Below, in pieces: positions 27,399 to 36,382 of a DNA stretch of 64,000 nucleotides (the first letter of the stretch is position 1; each line of letters starts with the position of its first letter). The translations under genes and the position numbers were made by a program. The stretch is from positions 3,176-67,175 of the forward strand of contig CAZSPN010000008.1 in assembly GCA_964608835.1 (NCBI GenBank), read 5' to 3'. The stretch is from an uncultured Gallionella sp. Lineage in GTDB: Bacteria > Pseudomonadota > Gammaproteobacteria > Burkholderiales > Gallionellaceae. The notes below the pieces were generated by a model. It searched no databases. It was not told the DNA's origin and saw only the letters and a program-made list of their open reading frames with translations.

Positions 27399-27557
27399 AT
27401 GCACGAACAACAGTGTGATGATTTTTTTATCCCGCCTTTTCTTTTGAAGCAACCGCTTCAATTCGAAAACGACAAAGATGAGGCAGCATTGGGAGACTTT
27501 CTAAAAGGTATCCAAGGCTGGGCCGAGTGTTTCTGGGTGGACGAATGCGTTGAATAA
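27399..27557 (+). CDS. Hypothetical small acidic Cys-containing protein (52 aa)
   Basis: Below the ORF-track size cutoff. AGGAGA lies 6 nt before ATG 27399. MHEQQCDDFFIPPFLLKQPLQFENDKDEAALGDFLKGIQGWAECFWVDECVE, then TAA at 27555-27557. No recognisable family. Confidence 0.3.
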   Translation: MHEQQCDDFFIPPFLLKQPLQFENDKDEAALGDFLKGIQGWAECFWVDECVE

Positions 27558-27623
27558 AATTAGCCTGAATGGGACTGATTGGCGATGTTACGGTTATTCG
27601 GGTAAATCAATCGGGATGTAAGC

Positions 27624-28511
27624 TTAGGATTTATTATTCAATAGGGCCTGCAGGTGAATCCCAAAATCTTCGCCAACTTCTTTGTGACGCAATCCAAAAG
27701 CCACGGTCGCCTGTAGATAACCCAGCTTTGAACCACAGTCGTAGCGTACTCCGTCATAGCGGTAAGCCAGAATTTGTTCTTCGCTCATCAGTGATGCAAT
27801 GCCATCGGTCAGCTGTATCTCCCCGCTCGCGCCAGGTTGTACACGCTCCAGATGCTTGAAAATACTGGGTGTAAGAATATATCGCCCCACCACCGCCAAA
27901 GTTGATGGCGCATCTTCCGGTTTGGGTTTTTCCACAATGGAGGAAATTTGTTCGATGCGCTCACTGACAGGTTTTGATTTCACAATACCGTAACGACTGG
28001 TGTCTTGGGGGGGCACATCCTCCACACCCAGCACGGAACAACGATAGTAATCGTAAGTTTCCACCATCTGCTTCACCACCGATGGCGTGCCATCGAGCAA
28101 ATCGTCCGCCAACAACACCGCGAACGGCTCATCCTCAATCACCGAACGTGCGCACAAAATAGCGTGACCCAACCCCAGTGCTTCAGGTTGACGAATATAA
28201 ATGCAGTTAACATGCTTGGGCAAAATCTCCTGCACTACTTTCAGCACCTCTAATTTACCTTTTAAAGCCAGTTCGTTTTCCAACTCATAAGCTTTATCAA
28301 AGTGGTCTTCGATGGCGCGCTTGCTGCGACCCGTCACAAAAATCAAATCGGTGATACCCGCCTCAATAGCCTCTTCCACCGCATACTGAATCAGCGGCTT
28401 ATCCACAACGGGCATCATCTCTTTGGGGCTGGCTTTGGTAGCAGGCAGAAAGCGGGTACCCATGCCCGCGACTGGAAACACTGCCTTACGAATTTTTTTC
28501 ATTACTGTCAC
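27624..28511 (-). CDS. galU: UTP--glucose-1-phosphate uridylyltransferase
   Basis: 295 aa. [33 protein letters not shown] and [11 protein letters not shown] motifs. Confidence 0.92.
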   Translation of the reverse strand: MTVMKKIRKAVFPVAGMGTRFLPATKASPKEMMPVVDKPLIQYAVEEAIEAGITDLIFVTGRSKRAIEDHFDKAYELENELALKGKLEVLKVVQEILPKHVNCIYIRQPEALGLGHAILCARSVIEDEPFAVLLADDLLDGTPSVVKQMVETYDYYRCSVLGVEDVPPQDTSRYGIVKSKPVSERIEQISSIVEKPKPEDAPSTLAVVGRYILTPSIFKHLERVQPGASGEIQLTDGIASLMSEEQILAYRYDGVRYDCGSKLGYLQATVAFGLRHKEVGEDFGIHLQALLNNKS

Positions 28512-28526
28512 CGTGTCCCAATAAAA

Positions 28527-29549
28527 TTATTCTGCTCCAAAAACTGCGTACCCATTTGGATTAATGGATTGCCAACGCCATGCATCGCGGCACATCGTTT
28601 CAAGATCGCGCTTTGCGCGCCAACCCATTAACTCGTAAGCCAGCGCAGGGTCAGCGTAACAAGAAGCAATATCACCGGGTCGCCGATGTGTCATGCGGTA
28701 AGGAATGGCGCGCGTACACACCTTCTCAAAAGCTCGCACAATATCCAGCACACTATAACCAACACCCGTTCCGAGATTTACCGTCAGCTTGGTGTTATCC
28801 CTATCTAGCGCATCCAAAGCCGCCAGATGCCCAACCGCCAAATCCACAACGTGGATGTAGTCCCTTACACCCGTTCCATCATGGGTTGGGTAGTCATTGC
28901 CAAACACGGGTAACTCCTTGAGTCTGCCCACTGCAACCTGGCTGACAAAAGGCATGAGATTGCTTGGAATTCCATGGGGGTCTTCACCTATCAGTCCACT
29001 TTCGTGTGCACCCACCGGATTGAAATATCGCAACAGTGCAATGCGCCACGATGAATCTGATTCCGCCAAGTCGCGCAGAATTTCCTCGATCATCAATTTT
29101 GATCGTCCGTACGGATTCGTCGCAGACAACGGAAAGTGCTCCTGAATCGGTACGGTATGGGGACCGCCATAGACGGTTGCGGATGAACTAAAGACCAGAC
29201 GCTTTACCCCAAACTCCGCCATTGTCTCAAACAAGGCAATACTGCCGACGACATTGTTGTGATAATAATGCAGTGGCTTTTCCACCGATTCGCCAACTGC
29301 CTTCAGACCCGCGAAGTGAATGACCGCCTCGATAGGATAAGTCGAGAATAATTGTCTTAGTGTGTCGCGGTCATTCACATCCGCAATGACCATTGGAATA
29401 GACTTTCCGGTAATTTTCTCAACACGGTGGAGTGCTTCTATGCGGCTATTGCTGAGATTATCAATCACAACAACTTCATGCCCAGCCGCAAGCAACTCCA
29501 CGCAAGTATGCGAGCCGATATATCCGACACCACCCGTTACCAATATCAT
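28527..29549 (-). CDS. galE: UDP-glucose 4-epimerase
   Basis: 340 aa. [14 protein letters not shown] Rossmann motif, YGRSK (YxxxK), and colinear GalE-like sequence throughout. Confidence 0.9.
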   Translation of the reverse strand: MILVTGGVGYIGSHTCVELLAAGHEVVVIDNLSNSRIEALHRVEKITGKSIPMVIADVNDRDTLRQLFSTYPIEAVIHFAGLKAVGESVEKPLHYYHNNVVGSIALFETMAEFGVKRLVFSSSATVYGGPHTVPIQEHFPLSATNPYGRSKLMIEEILRDLAESDSSWRIALLRYFNPVGAHESGLIGEDPHGIPSNLMPFVSQVAVGRLKELPVFGNDYPTHDGTGVRDYIHVVDLAVGHLAALDALDRDNTKLTVNLGTGVGYSVLDIVRAFEKVCTRAIPYRMTHRRPGDIASCYADPALAYELMGWRAKRDLETMCRDAWRWQSINPNGYAVFGAE

Positions 29550-29706
29550 TTACCATATCCCGTTTGCATCTCAATCACTCCACCACTGCTATGAGATATT
29601 GAGAGTAACAGTCGAATGTGACAGGAATTTTAATCCTCCCCACTCAAGCCGATATCAGGATGAAAGTAGGTTATGCTGGTGCAAACTAAAACACCAGCTT
29701 ATAAAT

Positions 29707-31086
29707 TTATCGGGCAGCCACTTCACCAACATTCGAAGCATTACCCCAAAAATTCCCCAGCAATTGCATAGCTGCGCCAATAACAAAAATGGTATTAGTC
29801 ACAAAATACCGTTTCCACAAACGGCGGGGTTCGGAACATAAGCGGTGCAACCACTCCAAACCATTGCGCTGCATCCACAAGGGTGCACGTTGCACCGTAC
29901 CTGCGTGATAATCAAAAGCGGCTCCCACTCCAATCATCACAGCATGGATACGGTTACGATGTGCTGCCATCCACTTTTCCTGCTTGGGACAGCCCAAACC
30001 TACAAACACAACACCCGCACCTGAAGCGTTAATGGATGTAACAGTTGCTTCGTCTTCAGCTTCGCTCAATACCCGAAATGGTGGCGAATATATTCCACCA
30101 ATTTGTAGGTTTGGAAATGCTGCACGCAATTTCGTGGAGAGCAACTGCAATGTTTCGTCAGTGCTACCATAGAAATATACAATCTCACCACCGCGCTCTG
30201 CCTGAGCGCAGTATTTCCACATCAAGTCTGGACCATTGATACGCTCCTGGCCATGGAATCCCTGTTCGCGCAACATCCACGCAACCGGCATCCCGTCCGG
30301 GGTGGCCATATCTGCTTGATTAACCACCCTCCTGAATTCCCCGTCCTGACTAGCCGTTACAACAGAATGCACATTGCAAATGCAAACATATCGTGACTCG
30401 CGTGCCTGAGACCAAATGGTGATACGTGCAAGTGTTTCGCTCCACGAAAACGCATTGATAAAAGTATCCATTACTTTTGCGCCATCTCGCTTTATCCTAT
30501 ATTCCTCCACCGCATATCCCCTGCGGCGAGCGGCAATGAAACCCATCATGCCCAAGCCCAAAACCAGCATTGCCCATTCTGCAATTTCAGGTACAGGAGA
30601 AATCACAGGAGAAATATTTAATGTTCCCGCATAACTCCCTCCAAATGTGCCAACCACATTCCCCGTAACCGATAAAATATAGTCTCCAGAATTCAAAGTT
30701 GTCGGGTTGATCACCGCAACTGTGCTATTGAAACCGTTTCCCGTATCAGAAAATATGCTACTTGTGGCAAGTAGCATTCCTCCGGGCATACCTGAATTGA
30801 TTGATGTCCCACTGTACAACCTGGTTTCCAAGCTGTTGATGCCAAATACACTTCCCAAGCGGATAGTCGAAGTAATGGAGTTAGCTGATGACGCGGGAAT
30901 ACTGAATAAATAATTATCGTAGAACTGCCCGGAGGGTGAATTAAAAACATTACCAACACTTAGAGTGGACGGTGCTGATTGGGTACCCAAGTTAACAGAA
31001 ACCGCCATTGCCGATTCAGAAACCGCAAGCAAGACAAACGATCCAAGTAATACCCGTTGTATTAAAACTAATAATCTAGGACGCAT
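29707..31086 (-). CDS. Fusion ORF: PEP-CTERM cargo protein (aa 1-~195) + WecB/TagA/CpsF (GT26) glycosyltransferase (aa 206-459)
   Basis: N-terminus has a signal peptide plus a domain colinear with 17199..17780. Sorting signal SPVPEIAEWAMLVLGLGMMGFIAARRR (nt 30594-30520). A 16-aa linker follows, then Met206 (ATG 30471-30469). GT26 motifs: ATPDGMPVAWMLR, VVFVGLGCPKQEKWM, GVGAAFDYHAGTVQRAP, GLEWLHRLCSEPRRLWKRY. Confidence 0.8.
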   Translation of the reverse strand: MRPRLLVLIQRVLLGSFVLLAVSESAMAVSVNLGTQSAPSTLSVGNVFNSPSGQFYDNYLFSIPASSANSITSTIRLGSVFGINSLETRLYSGTSINSGMPGGMLLATSSIFSDTGNGFNSTVAVINPTTLNSGDYILSVTGNVVGTFGGSYAGTLNISPVISPVPEIAEWAMLVLGLGMMGFIAARRRGYAVEEYRIKRDGAKVMDTFINAFSWSETLARITIWSQARESRYVCICNVHSVVTASQDGEFRRVVNQADMATPDGMPVAWMLREQGFHGQERINGPDLMWKYCAQAERGGEIVYFYGSTDETLQLLSTKLRAAFPNLQIGGIYSPPFRVLSEAEDEATVTSINASGAGVVFVGLGCPKQEKWMAAHRNRIHAVMIGVGAAFDYHAGTVQRAPLWMQRNGLEWLHRLCSEPRRLWKRYFVTNTIFVIGAAMQLLGNFWGNASNVGEVAAR

Positions 31087-31190
31087 AGTTTTCTCCAGTT
31101 AATCGACGTGCCAAAAAATTGACTCAAGCAATTTGTGGTCACTCTACTGACTGAATATGAAAATATTTGCAGTGCTAGTAACTGTTGGAT

Positions 31191-31206
31191 TAGTCCGAAC
31201 AGCCTA
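31191..31206. promoter_or_regulatory. PEP-CTERM box (TAGTCCGAACAGCCTA), proximal copy
   Basis: 104 nt separate it from the 31086 start. Followed on the sense strand after 31 nt by CATATTCAGTCAGTAGAGTGAC. Confidence 0.55.
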
Positions 31207-31306
31207 TTTCACGCAACCAAATTATTAATTTTGGTTTTATCAATTTCAGCGTTCAGTACTGTACTAACTGAATGTGAATTTTTTGTGTGGGGAAATGTGA
31301 AACAGG

Positions 31307-31322
31307 TAGTCCGAACGGACTA
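31307..31322. promoter_or_regulatory. PEP-CTERM box (TAGTCCGAACGGACTA, perfect palindrome), distal copy
   Basis: 220 nt separate it from the 31086 start. Followed on the sense strand after 30 nt by CACATTCAGTTAGTACAGTAC, i.e. a duplicated promoter module. Confidence 0.5.
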
Positions 31323-31657
31323 CAGAACAGCTTCGTTGAAGAAGTGGAATAAGGTTTTTTCATTCACCTTGTGGAGTTCTAGATAGAGTTACAGCGAAGC
31401 TTTCGGCTCAGGCGGGATGCCCCAACCAGGCACCTTACACACCACCATCCGAACCCTGATGTGCAAAAGTACCCAAAGCGCGGTCGGCTAATTCCAGACT
31501 TACAGGTAAACTATTGCCAATAATTTTTTGAATCCCGCACATCGTTTAACTTCGCCATGTTCGGGCATATTCAAAGAAAACCATCAGCAATTGAATGAGC
31601 GGACGAGTTTAATAGGCGATTATTACAAAAAGGTTTCAATTGCATGGCAAACGGGTG

Positions 31658-32800
31658 TTAGTCTTTTCTCGAATCTTTTAGGCAACTTTCAATACCTTCC
31701 GCAAAATTCAAGACCATCCGCTCCAGGGTATATTTTTTTGCGGCATCTTGCGCCGCCCTTTTGACAGACTCAAAGCGCGATTTATTATTTAGCAAGCCTA
31801 CCACCTCTATCGCATAAACCGCAGGGTCGTCGGTCAATACAAAACCATTCACACCATGTTCCAAATAGGCAATCTCCGGGCTGTGCCGAGCATTGTCCGT
31901 CGTGAACATCGGCACGCCCGCGCAGAATGCATCCAACACATGCAGGCCCACCAAGCCAGGATTTAAGACAACATCGGCCAATCTGAAATAGGCCGCTTTA
32001 TCCAATCCTTTTCTGACCCCAACCCAATGCACCCACGGTTTGTTTTTTATCAATTCTTTTAACTCAACCGCACTCGGCCCATCACCAATAATGACCAGCC
32101 TAAAGCCGGGCAACTTGGCATGAATAATGTCGGCAGCCTTGATCAAAAATTCCAATTTTTTGTCAGCATACAAAGAGCCACAAAACAAGCCAAGTTTGCC
32201 ATTTTCTGTAAGATCAAGCTCGCCACGCAGCCTAGTCATTTGCTCAAAGTCAACCGATGCCAAATCCGTAACAAACCTTTCGTTGTCGATAGCGTTATCC
32301 AGTACGGTAATTTTTTCTTTGGGGTAATGCTTGGCAAGCAAAATGTCTCGCGTCAACCCGGTATAGGCAAACCACCAATCCACGCGATTGAGCATGATGC
32401 GCTTCCATCGTTCACGAAATCCTGTCGGCGCATCGCTCTGAAAATTCACGCCATGCCCCCAATATGCCACCTTTCTGGATGACCACAGGCGGCTAAATAT
32501 CAGCGGATAGTTAGATAGAATGCGACTTTCCTGCATGACCACCACAAGGTCTGCATCGCGCAAGTCGGCATGGAAGGGCTGCCAAACGAGATCCTTTGTA
32601 CTCAGTTCCAAAAAATGGTTGTGTACCTCGCGCGCCCACGGTAACGAACCTTCATCTTTTTTAATCGATTCGCGTGGAGAAGCCTGACCATGAACCAGTT
32701 GCAAATCGATGCCGCTATCAAAGCAGGCTTTGCGTAACTGCTCAAACAAGCTGGTGCGGTAATGCAATAGCCTGTGTTGAAGGATGACAACCTTTTTCAC
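31658..32800 (-). CDS. Glycosyltransferase (GT-B fold, group 1/GT4-like)
   Basis: 380 aa. C-terminal half has GT4-like nucleotide-sugar binding region features (LVIIGDGP..., [24 protein letters not shown]). Confidence 0.7.
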   Translation of the reverse strand: MKKVVILQHRLLHYRTSLFEQLRKACFDSGIDLQLVHGQASPRESIKKDEGSLPWAREVHNHFLELSTKDLVWQPFHADLRDADLVVVMQESRILSNYPLIFSRLWSSRKVAYWGHGVNFQSDAPTGFRERWKRIMLNRVDWWFAYTGLTRDILLAKHYPKEKITVLDNAIDNERFVTDLASVDFEQMTRLRGELDLTENGKLGLFCGSLYADKKLEFLIKAADIIHAKLPGFRLVIIGDGPSAVELKELIKNKPWVHWVGVRKGLDKAAYFRLADVVLNPGLVGLHVLDAFCAGVPMFTTDNARHSPEIAYLEHGVNGFVLTDDPAVYAIEVVGLLNNKSRFESVKRAAQDAAKKYTLERMVLNFAEGIESCLKDSRKD

Positions 32801-33444
32801 TTGTCGTTTCCCTCGCTAAGAATTGCAGGTGAAATCATGCAATAGTCATAACCGCGTTCAGAAATATTGAACTGTCCGGATTGGATTGCTGCTTCATGTT
32901 TATTGATTTCATCTGCATCCGCAAACCGCAGCCCGATGACTTTTGCCGGAACACCAGCCGCAATCGAATACGACGGAATATCTTTCGTTACTACGCTGCC
33001 TGCCGCAATCACACTGCCGCGACCTATCGTTACACCCGTCAACACAATTGCTCCGTAGCCCAACCAAACATCGCTTCCAATAACCGCTTTTTCTTCTGTG
33101 TGAGAATTAGGAAAGCGATCACTGCCTACCCAAGGAGCGAAACGCACGGGAAAACCAATCGCGGAAAAATCGTGGTCATGCCGCCCAACAATCGCCACCC
33201 GATTGGCGACTAAACAATAGTCACCAATTTCACAGTTGGCTTCAATATGGACATCCTTGCCGATATAAACATTACTGCCGATGGCTATCTGCCTAGGTGC
33301 CCATATTCTGGTGCGCGCACCGATATGCAAATTGTCGCCATGCGTCAGAACTTTTCCGCTGGCAAGCACTTTGATTTTTGTTTGCACCCGCCGACTGGCG
33401 GCAAGCAACCATGATTTAACACTCATGCCTGACTTCCTCGACAA
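32797..33444 (-). CDS. Hexapeptide-repeat (LbH) acetyltransferase
   Basis: 215 aa. Left-handed beta-helix repeats ([33 protein letters not shown]; [36 protein letters not shown]). Confidence 0.8.
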   Translation of the reverse strand: MSRKSGMSVKSWLLAASRRVQTKIKVLASGKVLTHGDNLHIGARTRIWAPRQIAIGSNVYIGKDVHIEANCEIGDYCLVANRVAIVGRHDHDFSAIGFPVRFAPWVGSDRFPNSHTEEKAVIGSDVWLGYGAIVLTGVTIGRGSVIAAGSVVTKDIPSYSIAAGVPAKVIGLRFADADEINKHEAAIQSGQFNISERGYDYCMISPAILSEGNDK

Positions 33445-34645
33445 GAGCCAATGCGCCTTTCACGCGATTTTCCCAACTCATATTTTTTACATGGGCAATT
33501 GCCGCATTAGCCATTGCCAAACGCTTGCCTTCATTGCCTGCCAACTTGCTCAACGCACCTGCCAAACCTTCGATCACAGCCGCCTCGTTGCATCCCTTCG
33601 TTGAAACTACAATAGCAGTTTCAGATGTCACCAGAGTGACAGGCCCACCCAAATTGAGGCAAATAACAGGCAAGCCATTTGCCTGGGCTTCCAGTACCAC
33701 ATTGCCGCTGGAATCATGCAGGCTGGGAAATAAAAAACAGTGCATAGTCTGAAACAATGTGAACAGCTCCTGTTGCGGGAGCTGGCTTACCCAACGAATC
33801 GTGCTTTGTATCCCCAACGTGTCTGCCACCCTGCGTAGTTCATATTCAAAGGGACCTTTACCCAGCAGCGTAAATTCGATCGGCACACCTTTTGCCACCG
33901 CACAAGCCACGGCACGTATCGCCAAATGCGCGCCCTTCCAGCCCAACAACCGACCCGCAAATAACACGCGCAACGGTTCATCTTGCTGGCGAGTTACCGC
34001 CTGAATGCCAGCTGGCGCGTCAATACCGATTTCAGGATAAACGATCGCGCGATGGCGGAACGGCCACGGTAATGCTTGCCGGGTGTCTTCTGTCTTGGTG
34101 AGAATGAGCGTGGCTTTGCTGTATGCCGCCCACAAAAATGGATCGAACAGCGTCGCTTTATTGAGTAGCGTTCGTAACACCTCTTTGACTTTCTCGCTAC
34201 CGCGTATGGATTGCTTGAGTATCCACGGCGCATCCTCCCCACCGCCCACGGGGCCAAACACAAACGGAATGCCGAGATAACCCAAAAAAGAGGGATGACG
34301 GAACACACCGTAAGTGCAATGTATCGCCAGCTCAAATTTTTGTTCCCGGTGCAAGTGTTGTGCAAAACCCAGCAAGCCAAACTGCCATGCGGTGTAAAGC
34401 AACTGCGCCGTGGTCGAATTGAGCGGCACGGCTTGTAGCCATTTTGGCCTGAAATACATAACACGAAGATTCGGCGGTAACTGCACCCCATCCGCCTCAA
34501 CGGATGATCGGCGGGTCACATCAGTCACCACTGTGACTTCATGATATTTAGCCAGTTCAACGGCCCAACGCCAACCCACACCGGGTTCGCTGCCCACATT
34601 GGGTGCAAACGCAAAAGCACTGAGCAAAATTCTCATGCTGAACAA
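33416..34645 (-). CDS. Glycosyltransferase family 4 (group 1)
   Basis: 409 aa. [30 protein letters not shown] is a typical GT4 E-x7-E region. Confidence 0.8.
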   Translation of the reverse strand: MFSMRILLSAFAFAPNVGSEPGVGWRWAVELAKYHEVTVVTDVTRRSSVEADGVQLPPNLRVMYFRPKWLQAVPLNSTTAQLLYTAWQFGLLGFAQHLHREQKFELAIHCTYGVFRHPSFLGYLGIPFVFGPVGGGEDAPWILKQSIRGSEKVKEVLRTLLNKATLFDPFLWAAYSKATLILTKTEDTRQALPWPFRHRAIVYPEIGIDAPAGIQAVTRQQDEPLRVLFAGRLLGWKGAHLAIRAVACAVAKGVPIEFTLLGKGPFEYELRRVADTLGIQSTIRWVSQLPQQELFTLFQTMHCFLFPSLHDSSGNVVLEAQANGLPVICLNLGGPVTLVTSETAIVVSTKGCNEAAVIEGLAGALSKLAGNEGKRLAMANAAIAHVKNMSWENRVKGALALVEEVRHEC

Positions 34646-34661
34646 TGGCTGCCGTTAATCT

Positions 34662-35294
34662 TCATATTTTTTGGGCAACGATTAAATAGCTACCATACAG
34701 ATTCAGCAATGGAAAGTGCATTCCGATATAGCGAGTCATCTTGCCGGAGCCGAAAATCTTGACTCGTGAAAAACCATGCATTAAAAGGCGATGCCTCAAG
34801 ACACGATGATGGTGCTGAGTGAGATGGCTGGTGCCAAAAACTGTTTCCCCACCCCACAAATTTTTCAAGTAGCCTGGATTTGGCGTAGTCATCAACAATG
34901 TGCCGCCAATTTTTAACACCCGCTGGCACTCGCAGAGCGTGGGGTCAACATCCGAAGGATACAAATGCTCAAGAAATTCGCCCGCAACAATCGCATCATA
35001 GGTTTGGTCGGAGGTCGGAATTTTATTGGACAAACCATACACTCGCCCGGCGTAACAGGAAGGGAGTGCATCCAAACGAGATTGAACACAATCCAATCCA
35101 CTTAGAACAATATCCGGGGAAATTTCTTTGAGACGCGCCCCGCCTCGACCCGTGTTGCACCCTATATCCAAAACGTGAATCGCCCCTTTGGGCAGAGAGC
35201 GGTGAAATTGTTCGTACCGCTCCAAAGTAAATGGATCATGCTCGGAGATATTCTGCTCGGTATTTTGTACTTCGTAGCTTTTATGGGAGTCCAT
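34662..35294 (-). CDS. Class I SAM-dependent methyltransferase
   Basis: 210 aa. Motif I VLDIGCNTGRGG and post-I/II spacing (AIVAGEFLEHL, GGTLLMTTPN). Confidence 0.8.
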   Translation of the reverse strand: MDSHKSYEVQNTEQNISEHDPFTLERYEQFHRSLPKGAIHVLDIGCNTGRGGARLKEISPDIVLSGLDCVQSRLDALPSCYAGRVYGLSNKIPTSDQTYDAIVAGEFLEHLYPSDVDPTLCECQRVLKIGGTLLMTTPNPGYLKNLWGGETVFGTSHLTQHHHRVLRHRLLMHGFSRVKIFGSGKMTRYIGMHFPLLNLYGSYLIVAQKI

Positions 35295-35382
35295 ACTTAA
35301 ATTCCAATGGCGAAAAATACAATGGCATCGCCTCGCAGAGGCGCAGTACTTTGCCCGACTTTCATTACATATCTATTACTAC

Positions 35383-36345
35383 TTATACTTTCTTAAGCAA
35401 CCGTATTGAAAGCAACTGCCCGGTCATTTTGCTCGCCACGAAAGCTAAAACCGGAATTGAGGCTATTGCCACAAGCCAGCCTATTGGAAACTCCCAATGC
35501 CGTTGGGCGATAACGGGAACGAGCGGGACTTGCACCAAATAAATCTCCAGTGTTATGCCCGCCAGAAATACAGCCGCAGGATAAATACCAGTCGAATTGG
35601 CAAATTTAGTAACAGCCTGCGCACTAAAGAAGCGGAATGCGAACAGCCCAAACGGAAAAAGTATCAGGTGCAATAAAAATTGCAGTTCCCATAAATTTAG
35701 CCAAGCCAGAGCAACCATCAATCCAAAAAATCCCAACACACTTGCAATCATTAAGCTCGCGTCTTTTATTGGGCTGGATTGGCAGGATCGCTTACTCAAC
35801 CACGCGCCCCACAACGTAATCTGAAAATATACGATCCATTTGAAGTGGCTTGCTTCAATGGAAAAATGGCTCAAGTCCAAAAGGAGAAAATAACAAAGGA
35901 AATAAGGGATACCCAAAAGCACGATGGACATCAGGATGGCTTTCTCGGAAAACTTGCCAAACCAATAAAACAGGGCATAAAACAACGCAATTGCACAAAC
36001 AAACCAATACTGTAATGGCCAGAACAGCTTGAAAAACCAGTCGCTCACGGCCATTTCATGCCACTCGCCCCCGATAAAAATCACTACCAACGTCACTACC
36101 CACAAAACCGGGAAAATCTTGCTCAAGCGACGTAGCCAATAGCTCAAAAATGGCTCTTGTGATGCCGCGCCCGAATTCAAACTCATTGCCAGACCATACC
36201 CGGACAGCAAAAAGAATAATGTATTACCCAAAGCACCGCCCGTTCCCAATCTGGCATCAGGGTACAAGGCATCAAAATGTGAGTTAGTAATCAACAAAAC
36301 GGCCAGACAACGCACCAATGACGTATCAATACGCACAGCAGTCAT
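35383..36345 (-). CDS. Membrane acyltransferase (acyltransferase-3 family; sugar O-acylation)
   Basis: 320 aa, ~10 TM segments. N-terminal LLITNSHFDALYP...GGALGNTLFFLLSGYGL is typical of AT3 O-acyltransferases. Confidence 0.7.
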   Translation of the reverse strand: MTAVRIDTSLVRCLAVLLITNSHFDALYPDARLGTGGALGNTLFFLLSGYGLAMSLNSGAASQEPFLSYWLRRLSKIFPVLWVVTLVVIFIGGEWHEMAVSDWFFKLFWPLQYWFVCAIALFYALFYWFGKFSEKAILMSIVLLGIPYFLCYFLLLDLSHFSIEASHFKWIVYFQITLWGAWLSKRSCQSSPIKDASLMIASVLGFFGLMVALAWLNLWELQFLLHLILFPFGLFAFRFFSAQAVTKFANSTGIYPAAVFLAGITLEIYLVQVPLVPVIAQRHWEFPIGWLVAIASIPVLAFVASKMTGQLLSIRLLKKV

Positions 36346-36382
36346 AGCTTAAAAACCACAACAAAATTTTCAGCTGGGCTGC

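Noticed and set aside
27093-27461. 122-aa minus-strand ORF.
   Set aside because: It overlaps the 3' end of the motif-supported CAAX protease gene on the opposite strand and has a Lys/Cys/Leu-rich, implausible sequence.
31135-31764. Plus-strand ORFs 31135..31386 and 31528..31764.
   Set aside because: They lie across the duplicated box/promoter modules and the 3' end of a GT gene. No RBS, and low-complexity hydrophobic or odd products.
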